A stretch of DNA of 64,000 bases, from positions 18,414,001 through 18,478,000 of the forward strand of contig NC_090346.1 in assembly GCF_035084215.1 (NCBI RefSeq). Direction: 5' to 3'. The notes under the pieces were generated by a model, which did no database searches, was not told the DNA's origin, and saw only the letters and a list, made by a program, of their open reading frames with translations. Source of the DNA: Heptranchias perlo. Taxonomy: Eukaryota. Positions 1 to 11,179 of the stretch are shown one piece after another (the stretch's first letter is position 1; each line of letters starts with the position of its first letter). Made by a program: the position numbers and the translations under genes.

Positions 1-64
1 AGAAAGGCCCGCGAGGGCAGTATCCCGTCTGCCGCATATCATTGCATTTTGTAGACTTGTAGAT
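1..64 (-). CDS. UNKL: UNKL internal exon (partial, runs off the window edge), last CCCH zinc finger: IYKSTKCNDMRQTGYCPRGPF
   Basis: The minus strand reads ctctag|ATC TAC AAG TCT ACA AAA TGC... It is phase 0 and continues in frame from the exon ending ...FHPE at 2428. The peptide matches the unkempt-family ZnF6. Confidence 0.93.
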   Translation of the reverse strand, partial: MYKSTKCNDMRQTGYCPRGPF

Positions 65-109
65 CTAGAGGGGAAGACAAAGCTTAATGCAAAGAAAAAT
101 ATCCTCTAT

Positions 110-692
110 CTCATCTAGATGCTGAAACTCTCATTAATGCCTTTGTCACCTTCAGACTCAAATAATCCAATGATCTCCTAACAGACTCCCATCCTCATGC
201 CTCTGCAGACTTCAGCTCATCCAAAACTCTGCTGCCCATATCCTATCCCGCACCAAATCCCACTCAGCCATCAATCTCATTCTTGCTGACCTACATTGGC
301 TCCTGGTCCTCTGACACCTCTTATTAAAATTCTCATGTTCAAATCCCTTCATGGCCTCACCCCTCCCTGTCACAGTAACTTTTTCCAGCCCTACAATGCC
401 CCCAGAACTCTCCATCCCTCCCACTCCAGCCTTTTGTGCATCACTCCCTTCGCCCCACCATTCACTGTCATGCCTTCAGCAACCTAGGCCCTACCTCAAG
501 GAATTCCCCCTCTAAATCTCTTCACCTCTCCACATCCCTCTTCTTCATTAGAACCCTCCTTAAGACCCACCACTTTGGTTAACCCACTTAATATCTCCTT
601 CATTGGCTCATCATTTATTTTTGTCCGACTACACCTGAAGCACCTTGGGATGTTTTTCTACATTGAAAGAGCTGTACAAATGCAAGTTTTTA
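110..692 (+). mobile_element. Degraded L2-clade LINE 3' fragment
   Basis: Begins with a remnant resembling the L2 ORF2 C-terminal motif (AETLINAFVT.RL..SN) and ends in the tail ...aaatgcaagtttt. Similar fragments lie at ~3020-3270 and ~24255-24600. Confidence 0.6.
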
Positions 693-1879
693 TTTATATA
701 CAAGTAAAAAAATGTAAAATCGCCTATCGGTTTAGAGGCAAGTGTGTGTAAACCTGGCCAATTTGATACATCAACCCTCCTCTCACACATCTTGGCCAGA
801 GTGGGGTGGTCATCTTAAATGAGAGTATATCCAGTAAGGGAGCTCCAGAGAAAGGGGAGGGGGGAAAAAATAGCAGGAATAAAAGTGAAAGCACCATGCA
901 TCTGGATTATAGGCAGTAGGTGCTCAGTAGACTTTTTGAAAAGCTTTACAATTCAATAATAGAATTTAAGTTAAATTTAAACTGCGCAAATGCAACAAAG
1001 GAATCCCATAGCATGTATCCGAGTCAGCCAATTTTCTGACTAATAGCTGGTATTACTGGTCAAGTCACAGAACATTCTGTATATACAGGCAATCTGACCA
1101 ATAATGAAACAGCGGGAATGCCAAATGACCTTTCTCAACTGCATCTAACATCTGTGTACAATTAAAAAAAGGGGTGGGTTACAAATTGACAGAATATACC
1201 AAGTCCTTCAATACTTCAAATTACCTAAAGGCTCTTTGTTTTCCTTCAGTTTTATTTCTAAATTATAAATGTGCACGTCATATTTTTGTTGTCCTCCATT
1301 TTTGTTATGAATAAAGTTCAAACATCTCATACCATAATAATGGAGTACATTCACAGAACCATCAAGAAGCATCTGGTGATATACCATTCATTTTTAGACC
1401 ACTCGGTGGGTGGGGAGGAAGAGAAGAGGAAGAATTGGCGATACTGGTGGTCCTTGTTCATGAGCCAATGGACCCTCAAGCCCTGTCACAGTTTGGATCA
1501 CAGATACAAGAATGCACAGGCAATCCTTCACCTAATGAGGTGCACAGTGAGGTGCCTAGTGTAGGCCAGGCACCCTTCGAAAGTGAGGGAAAGTTTGTGG
1601 GGGGGGCGGGGAAAAAGAGGGGAAAAAAAATCACCCGAGTGTTCCCTCGCACTATCTAATTTTAAAGGATTCAGTTGGCAAATAGATTGCATACTAACTA
1701 GAAAGGTCTCAGGTTTGATTCTTAGTCTGTGCTGAGGTAGCTTCTTAGTCCAAGAATTTGCAGGGACTCCACAATTAGTCCAAGTGCTGCTAATTTAATA
1801 AGGAAAGTCAGTTAAGGCCCTGTCTAGCGATTCCTGCTGGAATTGTGGATCAAGCTTGGATCTGATGGAAGGAAGGAGA

Positions 1880-2225
1880 ATGTGCATTTATATAGCTCCT
1901 TTCACGTTTTCAGGCCATCCCAAAGCACTATACAGCCAACAAATTATTTTTGAAGTGTAGTCACCATTGTTTTGTACGGAAAAGCGGCAGTCAATTTGCA
2001 CACAGCAACATCCCACAGACAGCAATGAGATAATGAGCAGATAATCTGTTCTTTTGGTGGTGTTGGTTGAGGAATAAACGTTGGCCAGGACAGCAGAAGA
2101 GCTTTGCTGCTCTTCTTCGAGTAGTGCTATGGGATTTTTTACATCCACCCGAGGGGGCAGACAGAACCCATGTGTCAACTGAAAGAGGGCATCTGTGATG
2201 ATGCAGTGCTCCCTCAGTACTGCAA
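1880..2225 (-). mobile_element. Deu-domain SINE (SacSINE1/AmnSINE1-like) fragment
   Basis: The minus strand has gtaaaaatcccatagcactactcgaagaagagcag...gtcctggccaac and ends in ...tatataaatgca. The same core recurs at ~16540-16850, ~53850-54265 and ~60620-60730. Confidence 0.65.
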
Positions 2226-2427
2226 TAAAGTTATTCAGCCAAATAACTTTCTGAATACAGTTATATGTGAAGAATGGTCATTACCATGTCCATGTATAAG
2301 TAACTGTACCTGAATTTTAGGCAATGAAGCTATCTCAAGTCCAAGTCATCATTTAACCCCCTTAATCAGATTACTGTACTAGTATTCACTTACAGCTTTT
2401 CATCAATTTTGCTTTTTAAAGCCTTAC

Positions 2428-2545
2428 CTCCGGATGAAACTGCTGCTCGGTGCGAGAGTGACAGTATTGACAGTTATCTCCACTCTCACATTTTGTGGGC
2501 TCCCCCCATTCATCCCCATGTTTGACATTAGGACAAGGAGTTGAT
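2428..2545 (-). CDS. UNKL: UNKL internal exon (118 bp): (R)STPCPNVKHGDEWGEPTKCESGDNCQYCHSRTEQQFHPE
   Basis: Acceptor tgtag| at 2546-2547 and donor |gtaagg at 2427. Unkempt zinc-finger peptide, partly visible in ORF 2416..2640. Confidence 0.95.
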
Positions 2546-3944
2546 CTACAAAATAAAACAAAGGGGGAGATTATTCTGGAGAGTAATTCAGCCCATCCTA
2601 AAGAGGGAATGGAGATATTGTAACCTGTGCATATGTACAACTTTCAGTGCATTAATAGATCCCTCAGTTTATGAGGGATTGACGCTAAGAATCAGCACCT
2701 TACCCACAAAGTGATTTGCTGAAGTTGGGACTAGTTGGGCACACCAGTATTTGTCACATTTCTAAGCAGCGCCACACAGCCATATTACACAATACCAAAT
2801 ACCGTGACATCAATTCCTGCTTTGGCCAGAGATGGTACATAAGTAGGGAGATCGCCCCAAACATTTTCAATGCACGTAATATTTTAGTATCAAACCATGA
2901 GCTATTGTGCATTGAGAAGTGATGTTTAAGCAGTTTATACCAATAAAATGTAACTGTGACAATGTAAGATAATTAAGATAGCTCCACCACTTTGTTTTAG
3001 GGAGGGAGAGAAAGATCTTATGCCACCCACTACAAACAAGCAGAGAATGCCACCAGACTGAACTTATGGCCTCATCCGTCCCTATCCCTGAGGCTCCTCC
3101 AGCCTTACAATCACCCTCTCTTCCCCGGCCCCCTCCCATCAAACAACGTTCCTCTGACTCTGGCCTCAACCCCCACCCCCTCCTCGTCTCACCCTCTGCC
3201 CCTCCACCTCTCTCTCCTAATTTAAAGCATTTCTTAAAACCCACCTCTTTGACCAAGTTTTTGGTCACTGTTACAAGTTCAAGTCAGGTTAAGTGGCGTC
3301 AGTCACTCTCACACCTTACTTTAGTATGACTTGACATATTACAGTGAATCTGCTTGTATGATAGTGACACCCAGGGGGTGTAATAGCACCCCCTTGTGAT
3401 CTGAATCAGGCATTTGTGATTTTTATACATGGACACTACCTAACAGCACTATGGGAGTGCCTTCACCACACAGACTGCAACGGTTGAAGGCAGCGGCCCA
3501 CCACCACCTTCTCAGGGATACCACAGATGGGCAATAAATGCTGGCCTTGCCAGCGACACCCACATCCAGAGAATTAATACATTTTTAAAAAACTGCTTAA
3601 AAAACCCATATTGAAAGTAATTCTTATTTTCAAATCCTTGGAAAAATGGTTAAAATAATTCTGAAACATGACAGACACCCCTCCTAATCTTTCCTTCTTT
3701 AGTTCAACATCCATCTTCTTCCTTATGCCTCTATGAAGTGCCAAGACACATTTTTCAACATTCAGGGCACATTATAAATGCAAACTGTTGTTTAGCACTA
3801 GATTTTACAAAACTGCAGTCCAGCTGCTATACTAAACGTTAACTATGAATGCTAAGGAACTACTCAGTATTCAAGTGAGCTGGAGCCAAAGTGGGATCAC
3901 AGATTTCAACACTACAACTGTGTCAATGATGGGGAGGGCATAGA

Positions 3945-4290
3945 AACATAGAAAATAGGAGCAGCATTCACGGCTGCTCCGCCATTCAATATGATCATGG
4001 CTGATCCTCTACCTCAATACCATATTCCCGCTCTCTCCCCATACCCCTTGATGCCTTGTGTCTAGAAATCTATCTAGCTCCTTCTTAAATATATTCAGTG
4101 ACTTGGCCTCCACAGCCTTCTGTGGTAGAGAATTCCACAGGTTCACCACCCTCTGAGTGAAGAAAGTTCTCCTCATTTCAGTCCTAAATGTCCTACCCCT
4201 ATCCTGAGACTGTGACCCCTCAGCCAGGAGAAACATCCTCCCTGCATCCAGTCTGTCTAGCCCTGTCAGAATTTATACGTTTCAATGCGA
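3945..4290 (-). mobile_element. CR1 LINE 3' end fragment
   Basis: ORF2 C-terminal peptide FRTEMRRTFFTQRVVNLWNSLPQKAVEA followed by the (ttctatgt)-like 3' tail. Confidence 0.85.
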
Positions 4291-5551
4291 TTGATAGCAT
4301 CATCATTTGAAGATTGTTGCTAGTTTCGGAGAAATTTCAGGAGCATGGAATGCCATGTCACCAGAAACCACTGCATTTTTTAAATGGAAAATTGCCTAAC
4401 TATTTGAAGTGCAGGTAAATACAGCGCTACGGGGAGAGAAAAAGGCAGTGGAATTAGCTCTGGATTGCTCTATTCAAGAGCCAGCAGACACAATAGGCCT
4501 CCATATGTGCTGTAAACTTCTATGATTCTACAACCTCAAAGTAAATCAATGTTCCCTCCACTGCACAGCAAAGTGCTGCATTGTCCACAACACACAAACA
4601 TTTTTTAATGTGTTATTTTAACAAAAGTTCCTCATAATCTGGCCTCCAAATACAGCACAATATAAATTTAGATTTGAACTGAGCCAATTGTTAATTTGAT
4701 AATGCGGGGGGAACATTATTGCCCAGTCTAATGAAGTGTTTGTCTCAGTCACATTACTGAAGAGAAGCTCCCACAAGTGAGGGGAAAAATGATCGCTGCT
4801 GCTTTTCCATGCCTTCGATAAGATGAGGTCTTGGGTGGGAGGGGAGGGGGTGGCTTGCACCAAAAAGGGGAGGAAAAGCAGGGAAGGGTGGGATCAGGCA
4901 TCATTGTACTCTCTCTCAATCTAATCCATTCTTTATAAGGACAAAAACTAATTAATGTCTTATTGCTTTCAGTCTTTCCTTTCCTCTATGATCTACAGAC
5001 TATTAAATCCCAACTTGGAATCACAACTTCTTGAGTTAGCTCATCTTCCATCCTACTCTTTGCAACCTTGGTGGCATCCTGCACTTTGGGGTTGGCCTCT
5101 TATCTCATACTCTTGAGATTAGCAGAGTGTTGTAATTGCTACTTCATGTCAGCATCAACCAGGAGCTTTTCCACTAATGTTTTAAGCCTGGGGAGTGACA
5201 AAAGGACTAGAAAAATAACAGTAGCTCAACAGTCACTGAATGTGACAATTTAGTTAAACTGTATTGGAGAACATGAGGATATACAATAAAACATTCCCAA
5301 TCTGCCATTTTATCCTGACCAAGTTCTCTATCTGTTTGTACGGTACTTGCAGTTGTGCTCGATTTGAATGTATAATTACAATTTGAAGTGGAACGTCAAA
5401 CATTCTATACACAACCCATGCACCAATTTTTACAAGTGTACATATCCGATGGAGTGGGGGGCGGGGGGGGGAACAAACTTGCTAAATGTCAGGTGTAAAT
5501 CAATGTTACATAAAAACAAACAGTCCTGCATGAATAGAATAGTTTCTTTAC

Positions 5552-5687
5552 CTATATTTAAATTTTCTAGGGTTCCTTCTTCTGTCCCGGCTGTTATGAT
5601 AATGAGGGCAAGCATAGCCTTGACGACAGAGTCTAGGTGGTTTATTACATTGCTCAGTCTTGTAATTTGCTAGCACAAAGTTTGTTT
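5552..5687 (-). CDS. UNKL: UNKL internal exon (136 bp): (E)TNFVLANYKTEQCNKPPRLCRQGYACPHYHNSRDRRRNPRKFKY(R)
   Basis: Manual translation, not in the ORF track. ttgcag| acceptor and |gtaaag donor; phases 1 and 2 fit the neighbouring exons; YKTEQC..CRQGYAC..H CCCH finger. Confidence 0.95.
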
Positions 5688-7759
5688 CTGCAAAGTAAAC
5701 AAATTTATGTCAAGAGTAAATTGTTCAATACGTCCACAGCAGCGTATTTTGTACTTCTGAAAATGGAATTTGCAGAGAAACACACTTAGTCATTGCCCCC
5801 CTCATGCATGGACCCCCGCCCCTCACATGCACAGGGACCCACCCTCTCACTAACAGCCCAGACACTTTGTTGTTTGAAGCATGGGACCATATGCCTTGAT
5901 GATTCTCCCCCACCACCCCATCACAATCAATTTCCATCAATGTAACATTTGTCCACACAGTTTGAACACAACAGTGTAACAGATCGTATGAGTAGAGTTG
6001 ACTATAAGCGTGTATACGGGATGTTATCCCACTTTGTTCATTAATCAGAACCATAAAGATTTTTTGGCATATATTTAAATCTAAGCAGACAGCACAATAC
6101 ATTTATATATTGATAGCATAACGTCACGCTGGCACACTATTAACACGAAGGAGCAAACTCCACCCCTCCCCGCCAATATATGAATTTCCCTATAATGCAC
6201 AAGCAACCAGAGGCAGCTTGAAGAGAGAAAAACTGGGCCAGCATTGCTTTGTGGGCCGAAGTCTCCACTCAAGCACTGCCCCCCGGCACCAAACAGACAT
6301 AAAAATGGCCCTCGCAGCTATTACTTTCAGAGCAAACATCCAGCATTTCCTTTCATCAGCTATTTTGACAATTACATCTTCCACCTAAGAATCACAAAAC
6401 AAAAATGTCATTCAATAATCTGATAAAAGGATAGCAGTAGAAATATTACCCTCCTTTCTTTAAAGGAAAATACAAGCGCAGAAGCAGTTTTAACTAATTT
6501 ACAGAAGCTTTAAATTGCAAGAATAAAGCACACATTCTATAGAATCTGTGTATTGCGGCAACCTGCTTGAAAGTTTTTAAACAGCATCTTCTTACAATTT
6601 AAACCTTAGGGTTTTTATGACCCATGAGCTGGGAGGAGGAAGTGCAGATGGAGATTTTACTAACCAGCAACAATCAAGGATGTGATTTCTATATCATCAT
6701 GACCAACACACACAAACTGCATAGAAATACCAGTAATTATAGATAGCTTTCAATGCACTTTCATTCTGTACATGTTTTGCAACACAGCACATTACTGTCT
6801 GTAGCACAAGGAACAAATGACAGAATCCTTAAACATTTAATGTAAAAATGACATGTATAATTATTTATCCTCTGTACTTTATAGAAAACTAAACCAATAT
6901 ACAGGCCCAGCAACTGGTGAAGCTCTTAATATAAAGCCCAGTTAAATTATAAACAATGGAGGGGGAAGCAAAAGTGTCACTCTCCACTTATAAAAAAGGG
7001 GGAACCGCAGATAGCAAGCCTTGAAAAAAGCAATTTGAAAGCAGGGTGCATGACATACAAACTTACATGGGAAAGGACAGACTGCAACATTTCACAGCAA
7101 GAAGTGCCTTACCACCACTGCTTCTTCATTTAGTTTGTGTAACATTAAGTGCCCAAATGACAGTGCCCCACACTTGCACTGCTAAATTCAGCTCTCACAT
7201 CCTCACTGCAGAATTCTAAACCTACTTCTTTGTGGCCTTATGATTCTGCCACTGGGGTAAGAGCTAGATTCAGTGTAAGGGAGCCAGTCTCCATGGATCC
7301 TATCTCAGCAAGTGCAAGTGTGCCTAAAATTCCCCTTTTATGGAGGAATTAAGTGGATCTTGTTGAATCAATACCGTCAGGAACATTAATTCCCTACAGT
7401 GAACTCTAGTAACGGATTGCAATTCGGGTTGAAAGCAAATCAGCATTAAAGAGCCTTGGAGTTATGCTTAGATCCCAGGCTAATAATTTCAATTAGAAGT
7501 GTGCTCTTTTATTTACTGTTTAGTGATGGTTATAAATTACTTCCCACTTGCTACCTTGTAAGTAATTGTTTTTTGCCCTTCACTGTCTTGTGCCAATATC
7601 CCTCTGCCTTAGGCACACAACATCCAAATTCCATGTCTGTGAGGGTGGCAATCTGTTCCACAAGCCTTTTCGTGACAGCATTTTGGGGGCGACTTGTCTG
7701 TCCACTCCAAACAGTATTGTTGGGATTGCCAAGTTCACGAATGGAATTTCTTCCCCTGT

Positions 7760-7995
7760 AGGTGCCGACGCTGGCTAGAGTATGGGCTACACGCTCACGC
7801 AATGTCCAGCAGAGATCAATTAACGGACAACTATTGGGATAGGGAACCCGAGCTCATTTCCTCTCCGCAGCTCAGGAAGCACAGAGGCCAATTGTTGAGG
7901 TGCCGAGATCAGTGAACTCACCACAGGCTGGGAGTCAAACCTGGGAGCTTCTGGTGCTGGACAGGTCAGTTCCACACTTCCTCTATCAACTGATT
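7760..7995 (-). mobile_element. Old tRNA-derived SINE copy from a dispersed family
   Basis: B-box-like cccaggtttgactccc followed by the ...tgagtt..ctgatctc...acaattggcctc... core. The same core is seen at ~1700-1870, ~8580-8750, ~13930-14180, ~51750-51900, ~55910-56150 and ~58800-59090. Confidence 0.5.
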
Positions 7996-9791
7996 CATCA
8001 AGAGAGCTGAACTGAATCATGAGCATAAATCCATGCTGTACCACTTGGATATCACACGTCATTACACCAATCTCCCACGATGTCAAGACTACCATCCAGT
8101 CTACTGTTCCAACTGATGCATAGCAGTTGCAAATAACATTGAAAAGGAATAAAGTTTGTTCACCATTACGGAATTGTCCCCATTTAATTGCGTTAACATT
8201 CTTGCTGAACTGGACTATCCAGCAGATGGCAGTGTTTACTGATTGCACCTTTAAACACAAAGATGGAGCCACAAACTACTTCATCTCTCTTCAGTCTCAC
8301 CGATTATTGCAAGGAGCAAGTCTGGAATATTTTACCCTAAAGAGATGTTCTAAATATGCGATGAATTCCCAAGTGATCTAGTTGTCTTCCTGAAAAATTA
8401 TTTTTCTTTCCCTAACCAATTTTTCTTCCTCCTCTCCTGAAAGTGACAGCTCCTTGCTGCATGGTTCCATGGTACTAGCTCCCTCTGCTATCTCCCAAAA
8501 TTCACCTGTGTACTTCAACAGCAAGCAATGAGGCTGTTCAACTGCAGGCATATCACAACTGGTCCTCATCCTTTCCTAACGACACCCACATGCGTGCACT
8601 TCCAGTAAGAGGTAAGGGAGTTATAATTGGCCTCAGCTCCCCACCCCCATTGTTCCAGCAGTGATCAAGTAACTCAGCACAGACCAGGAATCAAACCTGG
8701 CACTTTCAGTCTCAGCTGCTTTTTGCTTAGCTCCAAGCCATCAGAATAGCCCAAGATCTAGCTCCAACATTGCAAGTCTTCCTGGATGGATCCATCTGAC
8801 ACCTTGTAGATTCTAAGAGACCAAAAAGCTGCTGATCCCCAATTTAGCACCAATTCATTCCAGACTGCTTCAGTGAAGGAGTAATTAACTCTTTAGTTTC
8901 AAATTAAGAGATTTTCCTACTCCTGTTAAATTGTTAATCTCGCTGTGTGCAAAGTATGGCTCCAAGAAACAGATTTTTAAAAATATTGCTATTACAATGT
9001 GATTTGCCTAACCATTGAAGCATATTAAGCCATTCAAGATTTTCTGATTCTGAATTTTAAAAAAATTACGAGAGATTTTGACAGTAACCTTTGCTTGTCA
9101 AATTGATGTGGGCAGGAAACATTTGGAAGTATCTGTTACTGCCTTCATGCAGTACAAAAATATTTTTTTCATTCTCAGGACATGGGCATTGCCAGCAAGG
9201 CCAGCATTTATGGCCCATCACTTGTTGCCCTGAGGAGGTGGTGATACAACTGAGTGGTTTGCTAGGCCACTTCAGAGGGCAATTAAGAGCCATCCCCTGG
9301 TGTGGGACTGGAGTCACCTACAGGCCAGGCTGGGTAGGGCAACAGGGTTCCTTTTCTAAAGGACATTAATGAACTAGTTAGGTTTGTATGACAATCAGAT
9401 AGCTTCACTGTCACTTTTACTGATAAGAATGTGTTTATAAAAACTGAATTCAAATACTCAAACTGCCACAGTAGGATTTAAACTCACATTCTCTGGATTA
9501 TCAATCCAGGTCTCTGGACTACTCATCCAGTAACATAACCAGTACACCACCATACCCATATTGTGTGAAGTGCTTGGAAATATTTTGATGTGATAAGACA
9601 CTATACAAATGGAAGTGTTACGTTGTTGTTGCACAAGAAGCTGAACAGTTGAATAAACAAACAAAGCTACTGAATTAATGGAATGCAATGAGAAAAAAAC
9701 CACAGCATTCGGTGATTAAAAACTTTGAATTTAAAGTGACATTTCATAAATACTCCCATCCCAACACAGATGGTTCATTCTCTTTCCTTAC

Positions 9792-9925
9792 CCTGCCATC
9801 TCGGATCTTCAGACAGTGTTTTTTCTATCATAGCTTGACTAGCCAGCACGCCTGGCTGCAGGTCAGGAAGTCCCTCTCCTGCCCCGAGCTGTCCATTCTG
9901 TAATGCTTCCTGCGCTTGGAGTTCC
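9792..9925 (-). CDS. UNKL: UNKL internal exon (134 bp): (R)ELQAQEALQNGQLGAGEGLPDLQPGVLASQAMIEKTLSEDPRWQ
   Basis: Manual translation. tgtag| acceptor and |gtaagg donor. The linker resembles UNKL (ELQAQEALQNGQL..PDLQPGVLASQAMIEK) more than UNK. Confidence 0.94.
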
Positions 9926-10960
9926 CTACAAAAGGAAATAGTTCTTTAAACAACAAGTTGAGAGATTGTAAGAAGGTCCCGACACACATCAGCCACTGGA
10001 CTGATCTCAACTGGAACATATCTAGTCTATGCAGACTTCATTTTAATGAGAAAAAGAACAGCAGACACAAAATACGACAATTACAAATGAAATGCTGCCA
10101 TCTTAAGTGAGGCGTATTGGAATTCTCTCCCCTCCCCCAAAATACTTAAAATTCCAGTACAGTAATCTGTCTGACATGAAACTGAATGACTGCTCCAGCA
10201 AGTAGAACTCCAACTAGAAGCAAAGAATGATCTTACAACTTACAAAATGCATCATTTAAAAATTAAATCAAACTATGGGTTGGCTTTCAAACTTTTCTTG
10301 TCTAAACTCTACTTTGCCCTTCAATTTTTTCACCATCCACATACCATTTCCCAATCAAGATAATGGGCACAGGACTTGCTGCTGGACTCCTACCAACAAG
10401 CTGCTAGGAGCTGCAGGCAAGTGACCTGATTTGACAGCTCACTGATCATCTTGCATTTTGGGCAAATACCTTGATTTCATTTAGTCTCTTCTTTAACAAC
10501 ATCACACCAGCAACACCTGGAAGAACTGTGATCAGAAACTTACTAAATAGGCAGCTGTGGACATGAACCCCCCCATCTTAGCACTCCATGTACCTGTGTT
10601 TTACCCAACAATCAGTAGTTGTTTTTTTAGTAGGACAATATCACTCTCCATCTGCTGCAGCAGTGCAAGTGTGTAACCTTTTGTCAAGGACTCAGTCCCA
10701 AGCAACGTAATGATCAAGGCAACTCAGCAATGTCTCCAACAGCCTGCAGCAACAGACTGCAATTATCCACACACTGAGCTCCTGACGTTCAGGGTACCAA
10801 GCTTGACAGGTGACTATTAGAGACCAAGCACAAACAGGAAACAAACTACAGAATCAATAGCTCATTTAAACTATAGGTCTCAGTTTTCGTTAAGTCAGTG
10901 AATAATGCGTATGCACAGATCTATTTACTCTATTGGTTGCTGAGACAACCTCACTTCCTA

Positions 10961-11179
10961 TGTAAGGAATCTTACAACACCAGGTTATAGTCCAACAGTT
11001 TTATTTGAAAATCACAAGCTCTCGGAGCTTACCTCCTTCGTCAGGTGAGTCACTCACCCGACGAAGGAGGTAAGCTCCGAGAGCTTGTGATTTTCAAATA
11101 AAACTGTTGGACTATAACCTGGTGTTGTAAGATTCCTTACATTTGTCCACCCCAGTCCATCATTGGCATCTCCACATCA
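10961..11179 (+). mobile_element. 219-bp fold-back Penelope-like element remnant: 90-bp inverted repeat plus 38-nt tail, 10-bp TSD
   Basis: 10961-11050 is the reverse complement of 11052-11141 with one mismatch. Tail at 11142-11179. TSD tcacttccta at 10951-10960 and 11180-11189. The sequence matches the ends of the 18300-20791 element. Confidence 0.9.

Noticed and set aside
7551-7802. 83-aa minus-strand ORF ending at a possible donor, as a nested gene exon
   Set aside because: Its start lies in a SINE copy, it has no recognisable domain, and no partner exons were found.
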